From assembly GCA_000934665.2 (NCBI GenBank), contig JYFJ02002445.1:1-56979 (forward strand): a stretch of DNA of 56,979 nt. The letters are read 5' to 3'. The notes under the pieces were generated by a model, which was given only the letters and a program-made list of their open reading frames with translations, did not search any database and was not told the DNA's origin. Of the stretch, positions 10,540 through 23,515 are shown one piece after another (position 1 is the first letter of the stretch; each line of letters opens with the position of its first letter). Position numbers and translations under genes: made by a program. Source of the DNA: Catajapyx aquilonaris. Lineage: Eukaryota.

Positions 10540-13500
10540 ATCACATTTCTGTTGGCACTGAGGGGATAGGTGGGAGGGTGCAAATCGGCCAATGGCGACC
10601 ATTGCCAGCCTCGACCTAGGAGAGTGAGCAGAACTGGGAAGGTACAACTGATGGCGTTGGCAAGGACAGCAATAAGTAGACGTACCGGTATGTCATAATA
10701 GGACTAATTAACATACATTTTTCATGAGGTTCATTAAGTAGACTTGTCCATGAGAATTAATTGCCCTAGAATGTGTGCCAATGGGGGGACAGTCAAATTG
10801 GGGTGAATTTAACTGCAGAATAATAATGTACTTATTAAATGCATTTTATGATGCAGGATTGGTACTGCTGGGATACAACTAAGCACCATCGTTGACACCA
10901 AGGACGTAGGCCACTGCAGCAGTCAAGTTAGTTGCAAATAAGGCACCCTGGACAAGGATGAGGCTCAATGGCCTTGGATGCAAACTGCAATTAACGGTGA
11001 GTTGCGGCATAAATACATTCGGTGAAAAGTCCTTTAAAAAATCCAGGCTGGGCATAACCTATACGTAAATTTTGAAGAATGCCCCATCATTTTGGAAATT
11101 CCAAAACATTGCGTTTACATGAGAATTGTATGCCATAAAATGATGCTGATTGCGCTATTTTGGTTTAAATGCTTTTTTCAAACTTAACTATAATAATGAT
11201 TAATAACAGACTAAATTATTTAAATATTTAAATATTATTGATATAAAATAATGTGACCAAAATACATGATACAAGGTGTCAAGTGTTTCGATTTTCTTGG
11301 AAAGTCATCACTCATCACACCTACTCTGGAAGAAATAAGTTTCAATTCGTATGTTGGCATGATTTACGATTAATACGCAATTATTAGAATTTTGTCACCT
11401 CGCTTCTACTACTTTTCCTTGTACTGACTGATTTATGCTTGACAGGTTCGCTATCATTACTCCGATGATGCCTACCACTACTTTGAGGCGCTGCACAAAA
11501 CAATTCATATAGGTGCGTACAATGCATCTATACACATACCTAATTATTTGCAGTTAGCTCAAGAAGCGTCACTTCTTTCTGACCAAGCTTGCCGTATCAT
11601 GCATGATGTGTGAACTTGGAGCATACCAATCTGTTTGTCATGTCTTTTACATGGTTGCTAATAGGGGTTCAGGTCAAAAATGACACAAATGTGTGTTGTC
11701 ACGTTTTTCCACCACACCCCTCAATTCAGCATTATTATTTGACTGCCAGTTATTATAGGCCGACATTGCCGGCAAATTGAGGTGTTTTCCATTCACTTAA
11801 ATTCATGGGAATGTTGCAAAATTTGCAGATCAATTTCACTGCCCAATTTCACTGTGAAATGGATGGGACACACACCCACTTGCTTGAAGTGTTGACTGCC
11901 ATTGGGTGTCCTGGCCAGTGACCTTATTCCCAAACTTTTAACTCTTCTACAGGAGCTGTCCTCGATGTGGTCTTCTGCTTAGCCGACTGCTGAACTGCCT
12001 ATTTCATATATCAGATGCTCCAACCTTGACTGCCCTTCACCTAGTCTGGAGAGCAATTAATACATGGTAAGCATTACAGCTGTAACCTCCTTTTGCATTG
12101 CACGAGTCCTGGTCGTATTCCGAGTGGCTGACATTATCTTTGCATTGTTATTTTGGACTGGAGCCAGAAAATGACTGTCATTATGAAGACTTTGAAAGGT
12201 TGCATAAGCTTGATTAGTGCCTCAAAATTGAAATTTTGCTTTTGCATGTCATTGGATTAATTATTACTAGGCTGCAATAAGTACAGTGGAAATTTTCCTG
12301 AATCTTTTACATTCAGTTATCTCCATGGAATATCCTTGAATTTTTTGAAGTAAGGTCACACATTTACTGTTCCAAGTTCACCTGATTAATAGTCGGCAAT
12401 GTCAGTACAGTGTTGTTAGCTGCCATGATCAGTTAAGAGCATTTGCATGGTTACAAGTTAAATATGTGATGTCATTACTACTGCATTCTAAGGCTGATTG
12501 GGGAGATTTCAAGATTGCATGTGATGCTACGTCATAAGCAACAATCACATGTAGTGCCATTTTGGCTTCAGAATATGTCAATTTGCAAGATTTCTTTCGC
12601 AAACAATCACATTTCTGTAATAATCTGCCATGTAGTATGTAATTTGTAGAAGCATGTAATTTAGCATTACATGCTCCCAGTTAATGTATTATTTTCAAGC
12701 CACATTACAGCAGAAATTTGTATTATTATTCACAGATGTGAATAGTGGCAACTTAATGTGCAGTGTTGAAGGCAATAAAAGTAACTATTTACTATTTAAA
12801 TAGTACTATTAGTACTATTTTAACTTTTTAGTACTATTTAAATGAATATATTTGGCTGACACACATACAAAGGCACGTTCAAAAACTGAGTTTCAATTTT
12901 TCACAGAAATATTTGTCCAATATATTGCTGTTTCAGCTCTATTGCCTTAAGCTGCTTATTATTAGTCAGTTACTCTTGAGAAGTTACTTGTAATGGTTAC
13001 CAAAAGCACTAGCTGCTAATATATTAGGCCGATTGGAATCACAATCATGTCCAAGCTCTTGAATTTCAAGGCATTGAATTTTCTATTTCAAAATGACTGA
13101 ATGAAAAAATTGGCATCGACCTTGAATGATTGAATTCATTTTTGCAGCCTTTATGAAGGATAGATACATGCAACCTAGTATTAGTAGCTTAATCTTTTTG
13201 ATAACCACTAAATTTAACTGTGAAAAAGTCACTGCATGGCAATAAAAGCATACAAGTACCACAAAGAGGCAATGATCACCCTCAGCGAGAGTTGAAGTAT
13301 TACTCTCATTTGACCTGTGCTCAATCATTACACTTTGCAGATGATGCATCTGATTGATTGGTCTCTGGACATCACCTGCCTGATTCTGCCAAACCTACAA
13401 TGACTTTGGCCTCATCCTAATCATCTTCTGGAATCAACCGATGCGAGGTGCTGGCATCATCCGAGGCCTCAACCCTTCATTTGCCATCTACTATCCTGGC

Positions 13501-15400
13501 AGACCAGACATGGGCATGGTAAGCATTATTACAATTGTACACCTCATGTGTTGAAGTCCTGAAGCAGTCCATACATTAGGCAATCAATATGGAAGCCGGT
13601 GCTTGGTCAGTGAGAACAGTAGCTTTTAGAAGGAAATGTTAATTGCCCGTTCATTTTGAAGGCTGCAGCTAACCATTATTATGAGGAGTTTAAATAAAGA
13701 TTAAGTATTGCATTAACACCATACAACATCAGGTGCTTGTTGTGGCCATTTTTGGTAGGTGGTCACATACAGAGTTTGTCCGAAATGCATATTTTCTTCC
13801 TGTGATGTCACATTATCTGAGTCGTCGTCTTGTCTGTTGAGCACCTGTGGGAGCAAGTGGGAGTCATTTGACCTAGCCACCCGTTTGTTGACGTCATGTA
13901 TCTACAAGTGAAATCAGCTGCATTGCACAATTATTGCCATGTCTGTACTAACACATGATCCTAATTTTGGCCTGTAATAGGCTATTGATCAAGTTTCTGC
14001 TACCACTGTAATGTTTGAAATGGAATCATTCAGTCTTCACTCCTACATAATATGACGAAATCATTCCAATATGACTGATTGTTCTGCAAGGTCGTCATAA
14101 TTAGGATTTGCAGTTGTTCATAATTTTTTCTCGTTTTTTTCACAGGAGGTAAGTTTTGGGACAGCTCATTTCAGCATGGAGAATCGGCCTTGGGGAGTGC
14201 AGATGCAACATCCACTACACTTCGCGGAGGAGGATGCTTTGGACCAGTCTTTGGAGGCACAATGTGACAATCCCACTTGGTTCCACAGACAGCTGATTTT
14301 CATCCCAATCCACATCTCCAATCAGATGCGTCAAACTCATCTTGGTTGTTCTTCGACCATGTTTTTGCAACTCAACACCCATGGTGAGCATCATATACTT
14401 GTACCTTTGTGCTGCTGGTATCCCAAATTGTTTGGCAGTAATTTTTTAGCACTACAATGGGATCTCTCTCATTACTGAGGCTTATACTTGATGGGAGGAT
14501 ACTGAGTAAATTTGTTGTAGCTGTAGTATGCCTCACATTCATGGTGTAATGTTAGTTTAATAAAATATGGGAAGGCATTAATTTTTGTGAGCCCTTTCAC
14601 GTCAGATTTCCAGATGGTAAAATGGGTTTTTCGATGGGTTGAATTGCATTTTGTGACATGAAAAAGGCAGAGAACTGTTGCAAAGTGGAGGAAGATTATT
14701 GTTTGAAACTGATCAGTTTAATTAGATATCTAAATGGTCATTTTCATTAATAAATGTGTCATATCAGGCTGCAATGTTGTAACAGTTGGCTATTTACCGA
14801 TAGTGCCCCAAGCCTTGATAACTGAAATCGTTATTTAGCCATGATATGTGACTAATTAAGTGCATAATTGGCCAATACTTCTCAACGCTTTTTACTCAGC
14901 AGATTTAGATTCCTCTTTTTATGATAACAAAGGTGATGTCATTGGCATTAAATATTTTATAGCGGGCCTATACGCCACAGCTGGCGCGGCAACAATGCGT
15001 GTGCCAATGATATATTAATTCGAAGTATGTTGTTGATTAAACAAATTTGCATTATGAAGGCACTTCATGAAAATTGTTCTTGCTGGACAAAGTCTGGCTT
15101 AAGGATTAATCATCTGCAAGTCAAAAATTTAAGTTCAGCTGGCCTTGTGGTTTGATATTCGAAGTGTTTCAAGGTCAAATTCTGGTGAAAAGTGCAGTGC
15201 TTTAAAATTTCCCACTTGCATCAGCTAGTGTCCATTTTAATTACCAAGCCTACTTATCTGCCAAATAGTTTCTATCAATTGTTTCCTTTTCTTTCTTTCT
15301 AGATAATGTCAATCATCCTGGAAAGTATGCAAGGATCAAGCAGCCTAACAGTTACTTTGAAGATCCTGGAAAAGAGCAGTCAGAAGAAGATATATTATTG
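10540..15400 (+). ncRNA. Putative spliced long non-coding transcript
   Basis: GC-richer blocks bounded by AG/GT: donor at 10688; exons 10857-10996, 11446-11512, 11953-12066, 13341-13518, 14146-14148; acceptor at 15302. Exon 10857-10996 has stops in all three frames. Predicted only. Confidence 0.4.
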
Positions 15401-15451
15401 TGAACATCTTTATTGCTATTTTTTGTACAGTGTAAGAAATAAAGTGTGTCG

Positions 15452-15663
15452 TTGCCTCTCCCCCTCTGCCTACTGATGGCCGGGGAGAAACGATGGATGG
15501 GGGCCCATGGGCAAATGTAAGCTACGTTGCCCTCTCCTATCCCCCAGGGCAAGCCCTGGGGGGATAGGGGAAGGAGAGGGCAACGTAACTTACATTGTCC
15601 CACGTGCACCCCAACCATCGAAGCCTCACCCTGACCAACAGCAGGCAGAGGTGAAAGGGGCAA
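15452..15663. repeat. GC-rich ~210-bp imperfect palindrome
   Basis: TTGCCTCTCCCCCTCTGCCT..ATGTAAGCTACGTTGCCCTCTCC..CCCAGGGC-AA-GCCCTGGG..GGAGAGGGCAACGTAACTTACAT..AGGCAGAGGTGAAAGGGGCAA. Confidence 0.85.
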
Positions 15664-16733
15664 GGGACTGGAGTGAACGAATGAGACTCTCTCACTGGAC
15701 TCTGAAAAAAGTTTACAGAAAAAAAGGGGAGGGGCTTGAAGATAGGCTCCGCGACAGCGGACCATGCGAATGCAGGGGGACGGCCGGGGCCGCCCGAAAT
15801 TACGCCCGGACGACCCCGGCCTTTTTTCGACGACTAAAACTGCAAGTTTCCCCCCCCCCTTCGACGTCATGCACTTGGCACGACGTCGAAGGGGGAAGCC
15901 TAAATGCTGGCGGTAAATCGACCTCTCTTCAACATCATGGGCCAAGAAGTATCAACACATGATGCCGAAAATTGGAAGATTTGTAGGGGGTAAATGGAGT
16001 TGGGAAAGGATGCTGCTGATGACTGGCACCATCTGGGCTGCAAATGACTGGAAAGAGAAAAAAACAAATAGGGATGCAAGACAAATGCTGATCATCAGTC
16101 AGGACTGGCTTCCAGGATGGCACCATTTCAGCAACAGGAAGCAAATTACTGGCACTGAAAAGAGAACAAATGAAATTTTTTAATCCGAAAACATACCATA
16201 GAAAAGGGTCAATGCAATTACACGGAAATTGAACGTATTGCTTCCTGTGCACAGAAATTAAACAAATTTTAGCACCCTGACATTGATATTTCCCAGCCAA
16301 AAAAAGTTTAATTGACAACATGATCTCGTCCGTTTTCATCGAGAGCAATGCCCAAGCTGATAACGGTCAAGTTGAAGACATCTGTAGCAGAATTGAGTAA
16401 GTGGAAATGCTGTAAAGACTAGGAGCGCCCCCCATTTCCCAACAGAAAGCAGATACATTCAGAATAGTCATTTTATTGCGGTGAGGTCATTCTCTCACTA
16501 GCCAACATTGCACAGGAGTCAACACTCAAATCCACGCAACTGCATTGAGACCTTGATCTTCATGATACTGACCTACAGCAACATCTCGTTATGGGCATCA
16601 TCCCCTGGAAATCACTGCTGCTCTTCCTCTGGGCGAAAGATTAATCTGAAAAGCAACAGAGATGCAAGAATGTAAATCAAATCAGGTGAAACAATTAACA
16701 TGTGGAATCCATTGTTATGCAAGACCCAATATA

Positions 16734-17139
16734 CACGCAGTGCCGAAAGGTCATGCGATAGAAACGTGAAACTTTTGAAGTGACGCACCACCCTGGCGTG
16801 TATGCCCTGGTTTTGTCGTGAGGCGGCAGGGTGCTGAACACAGCTCATGGCACTGCTTTATGACGTGGGAAATTCCAGCAGGCTAATGCAGTTTCATCAG
16901 CAGGTCCAGAATTTATTGGTTCAAGGAGCAGTCTGAAGAATGATGTGGCCAGACTGAATCCTATCCAGCATTTATGGGACGTGGTGAAGAGGTCCAAAAT
17001 CCTGCACCTTCAAGAATCCAGGAAGCTGTAGTGGCTATCCAGATGGCATGGCTCAACTTATGGAATCAATGCCACGTAAGAGTTGCTGCACTTCACAGGG
17101 CTAGAGGATACCTATCCCATGACTTTTGGCACTTGAGGG
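16734..17139 (+). mobile_element. Internally deleted Tc1-family element
   Basis: TA-flanked imperfect TIRs (CACGCAGTGCCGAAAGGTCATGCGATA / TATCCCATGACTTTTGGCACTTGAGGG). Residual transposase text FQQAN, LNPIQHLWDVVKR, AIQMAWLN, MESMPR, RVAALHRARG. Confidence 0.85.
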
Positions 17140-17635
17140 TAATGCAGCATGCATAAAAATATGCACATTAATTCAAAATTACTGCTCAAACTGGCCCAGA
17201 AAAATAATTTGCTGATGTTAGGAGCTATCAATAACCATGATGGTCGCAGTGGTGCAGCAGCAGTGAATTGATCAACATATGACAGTGGGTAAGCAATTAG
17301 AAAAGTTCCAAACGATCAATATGCCCCCACGCTATGCATAACCCTACTGGGAGACACTTGATATCGCGAACAGCTATGGGCGATCAACAGTAAATTATAA
17401 TGACTGGTACAACTGGGAATGCGAGTCTCCTTAATTCCATTCAATTCTCTTAAGAGAGTGACTGAGCTTCAGTGCTGCATTGTAAATGACATGACTAATC
17501 CTCTTCCTCATTTCACAAAAAATAAACCTATTATCCAGCATTACATTTTAGTAATGACCCTTGGCATCTCAGGCATGAATTTACACCTTTCTTCTAGGCC
17601 ACTACACTTGCCCAATGGCAGTCAAGTTTCCTGCT

Positions 17636-19733
17636 GTACCACCCCTGGAAAATGGCCTGGCAGTGCTCATTTGTAGAGGGGGAAAAAAACGCTGCCTTGA
17701 AAACATGAAATCTGACAGATGGAAACCATGAGTTTGAGAAGCATTTTATATCTTATAAGTGGTAGCCTTCTCACAAAATGTGTTGTTACTTGTGTATTTG
17801 TTGTAGCTCCATAGCGAAATTGGCATTTAATGAAATGTCTACTGAAATTGGACACATGCTGTAGTGCAATCTCCCATGAAGAATTACAGCATGTGTCCAG
17901 AAATATTGGGACTGTTCGCGAAGTGTCAGCAGCTGGTTGGACTGATTCCGTAATCCAGAACTTCTACCCGGTGTACACATGAGAAGCTGAGCAAAACCAG
18001 AAGGTGTGGAGGGCATCAGGAGATGCAGAGTGCAGGCCATACCTGCCCATGACCTGGACGAAATGTGAATGTCTGGAAGTCCAGGAGTTGGTCCTGACTA
18101 TTGAGCCAATCCAGGTGACTGACTGTACGGAAAGGTTGTAATCCATACTGTGATTGCATCAGGAGTCAGCATTCTCATGACCAATTTGGTCATCTCCAAG
18201 TCATATGCAGACTCCTGATGCAATCACAGTATGGATGACAAACCTTTCCGTACAGTCACCTGGATTGGCTCAATATAGTCAGGGCCAACTCCTGGACTTC
18301 CCGACATTCACATTTCGTCCAGGTCATGGGCAGGTATGGCCTGAACTCTGCATCTCCTGATGCCCTCCACGCCTTCTGGTTTTGCTCAGCTGCTCATGTG
18401 TACACTGGGTAGAAGTTCTGGATACGGAATCAGTCCAACCAGCTGCTGACACTTCGCGAACAGTCCAATATTTCTGGGCACATGCTGTAATTCTTCGCAG
18501 GAGATAGCACTACAGCATGTGTCCAATTTCAGTAGACATTTCATGAAGTGCCCAATTTCGTTATGGGGCTGCGACATATTCACTGCGAAGCACACGACAC
18601 TTGATTGAACCTGCAAACTTTGCAAGTTAAATAGCAATGGCAAGGTCATTGTGACATTACATGGTTATGTTTTACTCCAATAAGGCTCAATTTCGCGATG
18701 AAAATGCACATAATCTGCATTAGTCTTTTAGTCAAGTCTTACCTTCAATGGCATTTTTCTCATTACTAATCTGCTTATGATTTATCAGTATCTTGATTGA
18801 TGGCTATTCTGTCGCTTCCCAATATAAGCAGGGCACCACTGCACAATGCCAGTCAAGTTCACCTATCCGAAAATCACCTGCATGTCTAGGTCACAAAAAT
18901 ATGAATTATTCGAAAATGAATCATGTTTTAACACACTTGTATGTAGACCCCAACATCTCTTCCATATGCCTCATTAGAATATAAATTACATTATAACAAA
19001 AATGTTACAATATACCACTTATAATCTAATGTTATCTATAGTCTAAGTCTACTATCTATAATTAATTCTAATAAATGCCATAATCATACAACTTGTATTA
19101 TAATGTTATCTAGTCTCCTATCGATACCTCAAGTCTAATAACAAATTGTTATAATCATACAACTTCTATACTAATGAGGCATATGGAAGAGATGCTGGGG
19201 CCACAAGGTGTTATTAAAACATGATTCATTTTCTACTAATTCATATTTGTAAGATGAGCATGCAGGTGATTTTCATGCTAAGTGAACTTCACTTGCTTTG
19301 GGAAAGTACAGTGGTGCCCTGATTGTATTGGGAAGAGATTTAAATAGCCACTAAAAAGACACCGCTAAATAATAAGCACATTATAGTGTAGTTATGAGAT
19401 AAATGTCATTGAAGGGAAGACTAAACAGAAAGACAAATGCACGGTACCGTGCATATTCATCGCGAAATTAAGCCTTATTGGAGTAAAACATAGCCATAAA
19501 ATAATGTCACAATGCTCGTTAACTTGCCAAGTAACCATTTCCTCACATGTTCAATCAAGTGTCCAAGTATGATGAATACACAAGTTAGTAACAAGCACCA
19601 CCACATTTTGTGAGAAGTGCATACCACTTAATAGGTAAAATGCTCAACTCAGTTTCCATTGACCAGACTTACATTTCCAGTGCAACTTTTTATATACAAA
19701 TTAGCACTGCCAGGATATTTTTCAGTGGTGGTA
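17636..19733. repeat. Branched inverted-repeat complex (outer stem closing two long hairpins)
   Basis: Outer stem 17636-17797 / 19575-19733. Hairpin A 17799-18172 / 18205-18576 (~94% complementary by hand count). Hairpin B 18596-~19007 / ~19139-19563, more diverged. Confidence 0.9.
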
Positions 19734-22700
19734 TACTCGTATGCACATCTGTACAAGTTACGGGTGGCTTGTCAAAGCATAATTAACTTTTGATTGTCAA
19801 ATGTCTAAATATATTACAGTATTCAAGGCACATGCTTTTGACGAGAGCAACCCTCAAACTGAATATCCCATTTCAACTGACCTTATTAGATTAATTAAAA
19901 TTTTAAGCACCTGTTGATAACTACGCTTCTTCATTTTAATGCACAAGTTAATCATTCTGAACCACAACAGCAATTCACATTGATGTCTAGAAACCTCCAT
20001 CACATGTTCCCTGGGACTGGGTCTCAAAATATTAATCAGCCACTATTTTGCACTGAAATTGGTCAAATGTCTCTGCAGCAGCCCACTAGACAAGCCTCAC
20101 ACCAGTGCTCTGATTGTCTAGGGCGAGTTTTCAGCAGTGATTCCTAATTGATGCAGCCACCAAACACTAATCAGATTGCAGGCCTATGTTTGAATGAACT
20201 TGACATAATTATATCACTTCTCCCAAGTTGCCATCACATTGCGATCCTTCAACTCAAACTGTACGTGGATACTATTTCCCCTCAAGACGCGACGCGTTGT
20301 AATGAAAGCAAGAGAATAGGACTCACCAATAAGTGCGGCAGTGTTGACATATGAAGTCACTCGAAGAACCATAATATTGCGCTGGGGGCAGGCGATGAAA
20401 TGAGATGACCATGTCGGTTGTTGGAGTGTCTCAGCCCAAGTCTCAGCCAAATGAGTTGTCCATCGTAGCAGTCCGTCTCTAGAGCAGCACAGATCTTTGA
20501 GGCTGTTTCTGCAAATAAGGGCGGATTGTATGAGATCAAAAAGTTAGGCAACAAGTTACTAATAAACTACAAGTGGGTTCAGGGTCTCTTAGCAGTGAAA
20601 AAGTACAATTTCGTTTCAACTATAAAGGGGATATTCCACACCTCCAAATTTTCAGGGAAAATGCAAATTATTTGCTATATTTACAGCACTCGAGCATAGG
20701 TAGGCTGCACCTTCATGTAATATTGCTTATCAAGTTGAGTCCAGGAATCCAGCTTAATATTCATTCACCCCCATTTTGTCAGTGATACTAAACGCTCACT
20801 ATTCACCAAATAATATATACTCTCCAAATATTACTAAATCTCGTTAGCTCCAGATGTAGAACTATCATTCTGTTAAATGCACGTATTTTGTGATATCTTA
20901 ATGAGAACTTAAATTGATGTGAATATAGTTTAACTGCAATGTTCCAGTTGATAGATCCTCTTCTGATGAAAATGTTTTGTTTTTTTTGCTTCTGATTGCA
21001 AATCCAAATTCAACAATAATGGACATACAGCCATTAGGACTTGAATCCTAAGCACACTAAAGCCACAGACATCTTAAGTGCCAACAGACTGCGCATGCAG
21101 ACAAAATGTCCCACTTCATTTTAAAAATTAATGACATCAATTCTGAATTCAATTGTGCCTATCCCTGTAATACCATCTGAATCTAATTATATCTGCCATT
21201 ATTGATATTCAATCTCCAATCTCCACTGAGCATGGGCCAAATTTTCCTTCAGTGGTTACTATACTTCACTTTCGCCTTTTCTGAGAAATCCCTAAACCTA
21301 TATTGCACCATTCACTAGTGATCAGGACAGAACAGGCAGTCATTTGCAAAGTGCAAGTACTACCGTAATCTACTCTACACAGGCCAATTATTTGAAGAAA
21401 AAAAACCCTGCCAACTGATGGGAGGATATTACTGATTTGCACGTTCTTCTGCTCAAACAGCACATCATCCCAATATAACCAATGATGGGATAATTGCCCA
21501 ACAGAAGCAGGCCAATATTATTGCTGACGTTATACATACACAGCGTGACTCCAACAATGTCAACAGCACAACTATACCCCAAGGCTTGTGACTTCAGTGC
21601 TTCATTTTATCAACAGTCGAAAACCCATCCATTTTGAAACCCATCCCTTGTTGCTCTCCCTCAGGTTCAGATTCAGCTATGTTTAATGTCACCATGGCTT
21701 ATGCAAGTGAAAAAAAAAATCCAGAGAAATGCTCACCAGATAATAATGGTTCTATCTGACCGAAGACCATCGAGATGCTGCGATGAAAGACCAATGATCA
21801 TGTAGTCATTGTAGAGGATGCTGGTGATGCTTGCTGAGGGCTGTGAAGGCGGCGGCAGCATGGTAATGTAGGCCTGTCGGCTGTCAGACCATAATCTCAA
21901 GGCTGCACCTGCATGCATAAAATAAAGCATTTTGTAAAACATGTCAAACCACAATTACTCAAGTACAAATTTTGATATAATAATTATATCATAATATCAT
22001 AATTATTACGAATGTCTGCAAAAGAGCACAATTGTCCTATGTTCAACTCAGCCCATCAGCCAACAATAGATTCAACTGTAAATGTCCCCAGAGTATCAGG
22101 ATAAAATATAATAGTGATATTGAATATAATTATGAAATATTGCTATTTGCAAAGAGGCATTTTGAAGGGAATTAAATTTGTCAAATATAGCAATATAGGA
22201 CTTATTTTCTAAATGGCCAACAATTCAGCTTATCAAAACGATCTGTACCAACATGATTGTAGCTAACGCCAGCGCCAGGTAACAATGCAAATTTACCAAC
22301 CGCCGCCATTACATGTCGGTGATCATCTTTGGCGTAAAATGGCCTACTTACTGTTAGTGCCTTAGGGGTAGCATAAGGTCAAAGCAAATTTGGCAATTTA
22401 ATCGCAATTTTCTAGTGGTTTTTCTTTTAATTCCCATTACATTGTGGACACTATAGGCAGGATTGAGGCAATTTGACTGATGGGTGCTTTTGTAGTACAC
22501 AGCCTTCGCAAGTAACCCCCATCTAAATGGTGTGCACGTACCTGTACTCATATTGCAGTTGTCTGTAGACCTGGCGAGAAGCACGCACGTCCGCCTTCTT
22601 TGGAGATCAAGATGAGAAAGAGGGAGCTGCACCAGGGAGTACCTGGCTGCAGCCATGGGGAGGTTGGGTGGGATCAACCAAGGGTGATATCCCCCANCTA

Positions 22701-23448
22701 TCTCTATGGTCAAATGCCTGGGTGCACACCTCAGCATGACCTGTTACTATACAAGTAGGTTGCATATACCGGGCTTGGTATGCAAGCGAGCCAAAGTATG
22801 AATCAATATAGGCACCGACATAGTCCATATTTGAGTAAACAAGCATTAATATTACGATTATTTTATCCAATAAATCGATTTACCAATCTACTCTACCCCA
22901 TTCAGCAGCAAAATTTCGTTGTGTTTGCACAGCTTGTTGCTTTTTTGAATTAACTTTTCGGACAGTTTACATCGGCAAATTTATTACGCTGTGTGACATT
23001 CGCGCACATACAATGGCTTCAAAAATAGTGAATTTGCAACTAGCACTAGCAAATTGCGGGATTTTTTTTTGTTTATAATGCAGTATAACTTCTAAATAAA
23101 GTCACTGTGTTGATAGGTATTGATCACCAGTTTGGATTAATATCCATGAGAGAGATTTTTGATTAGAACATATCAAGAGATGCACTGGTACTGCATTATG
23201 TCATGTATCTGCTAGTGTCTATACACTAATCATATCTGATAAAATAATCATTACAGTTTTGGACTCTAAATATATTTTTAATGGACGTGATTATGTACAC
23301 GACTTGAACATAGGCTATATTCCAGTTTTGGACATATGATAATTCTCCAGCAGACATAAAGGTAAGATTTAAACAAATGTTAATGAGGTTTATGCTTCAT
23401 TCCAGAACAGACAATAAAACAGAACAAGTTCTCCAGGTAATATAATGT

Positions 23449-23456
23449 CATTATTG

Positions 23457-23514
<58 letters not shown>
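23449..23514. repeat. (TTA)n microsatellite
   Basis: About 18 perfect ATT units. Confidence 0.95.

Positions 23515-23515
<1 letters not shown>

Noticed and set aside
15352..15962. 197-aa and 151-aa ORFs on opposite strands
   Set aside because: They arise from a GC-rich palindrome, and both translations share mirrored text (KCKLRCPLL / QCKLRCPLL).
9900..23400. The whole ORF-poor block as one large DNA transposon
   Set aside because: No convincing TIRs, TSD or transposase were found by eye; left open.
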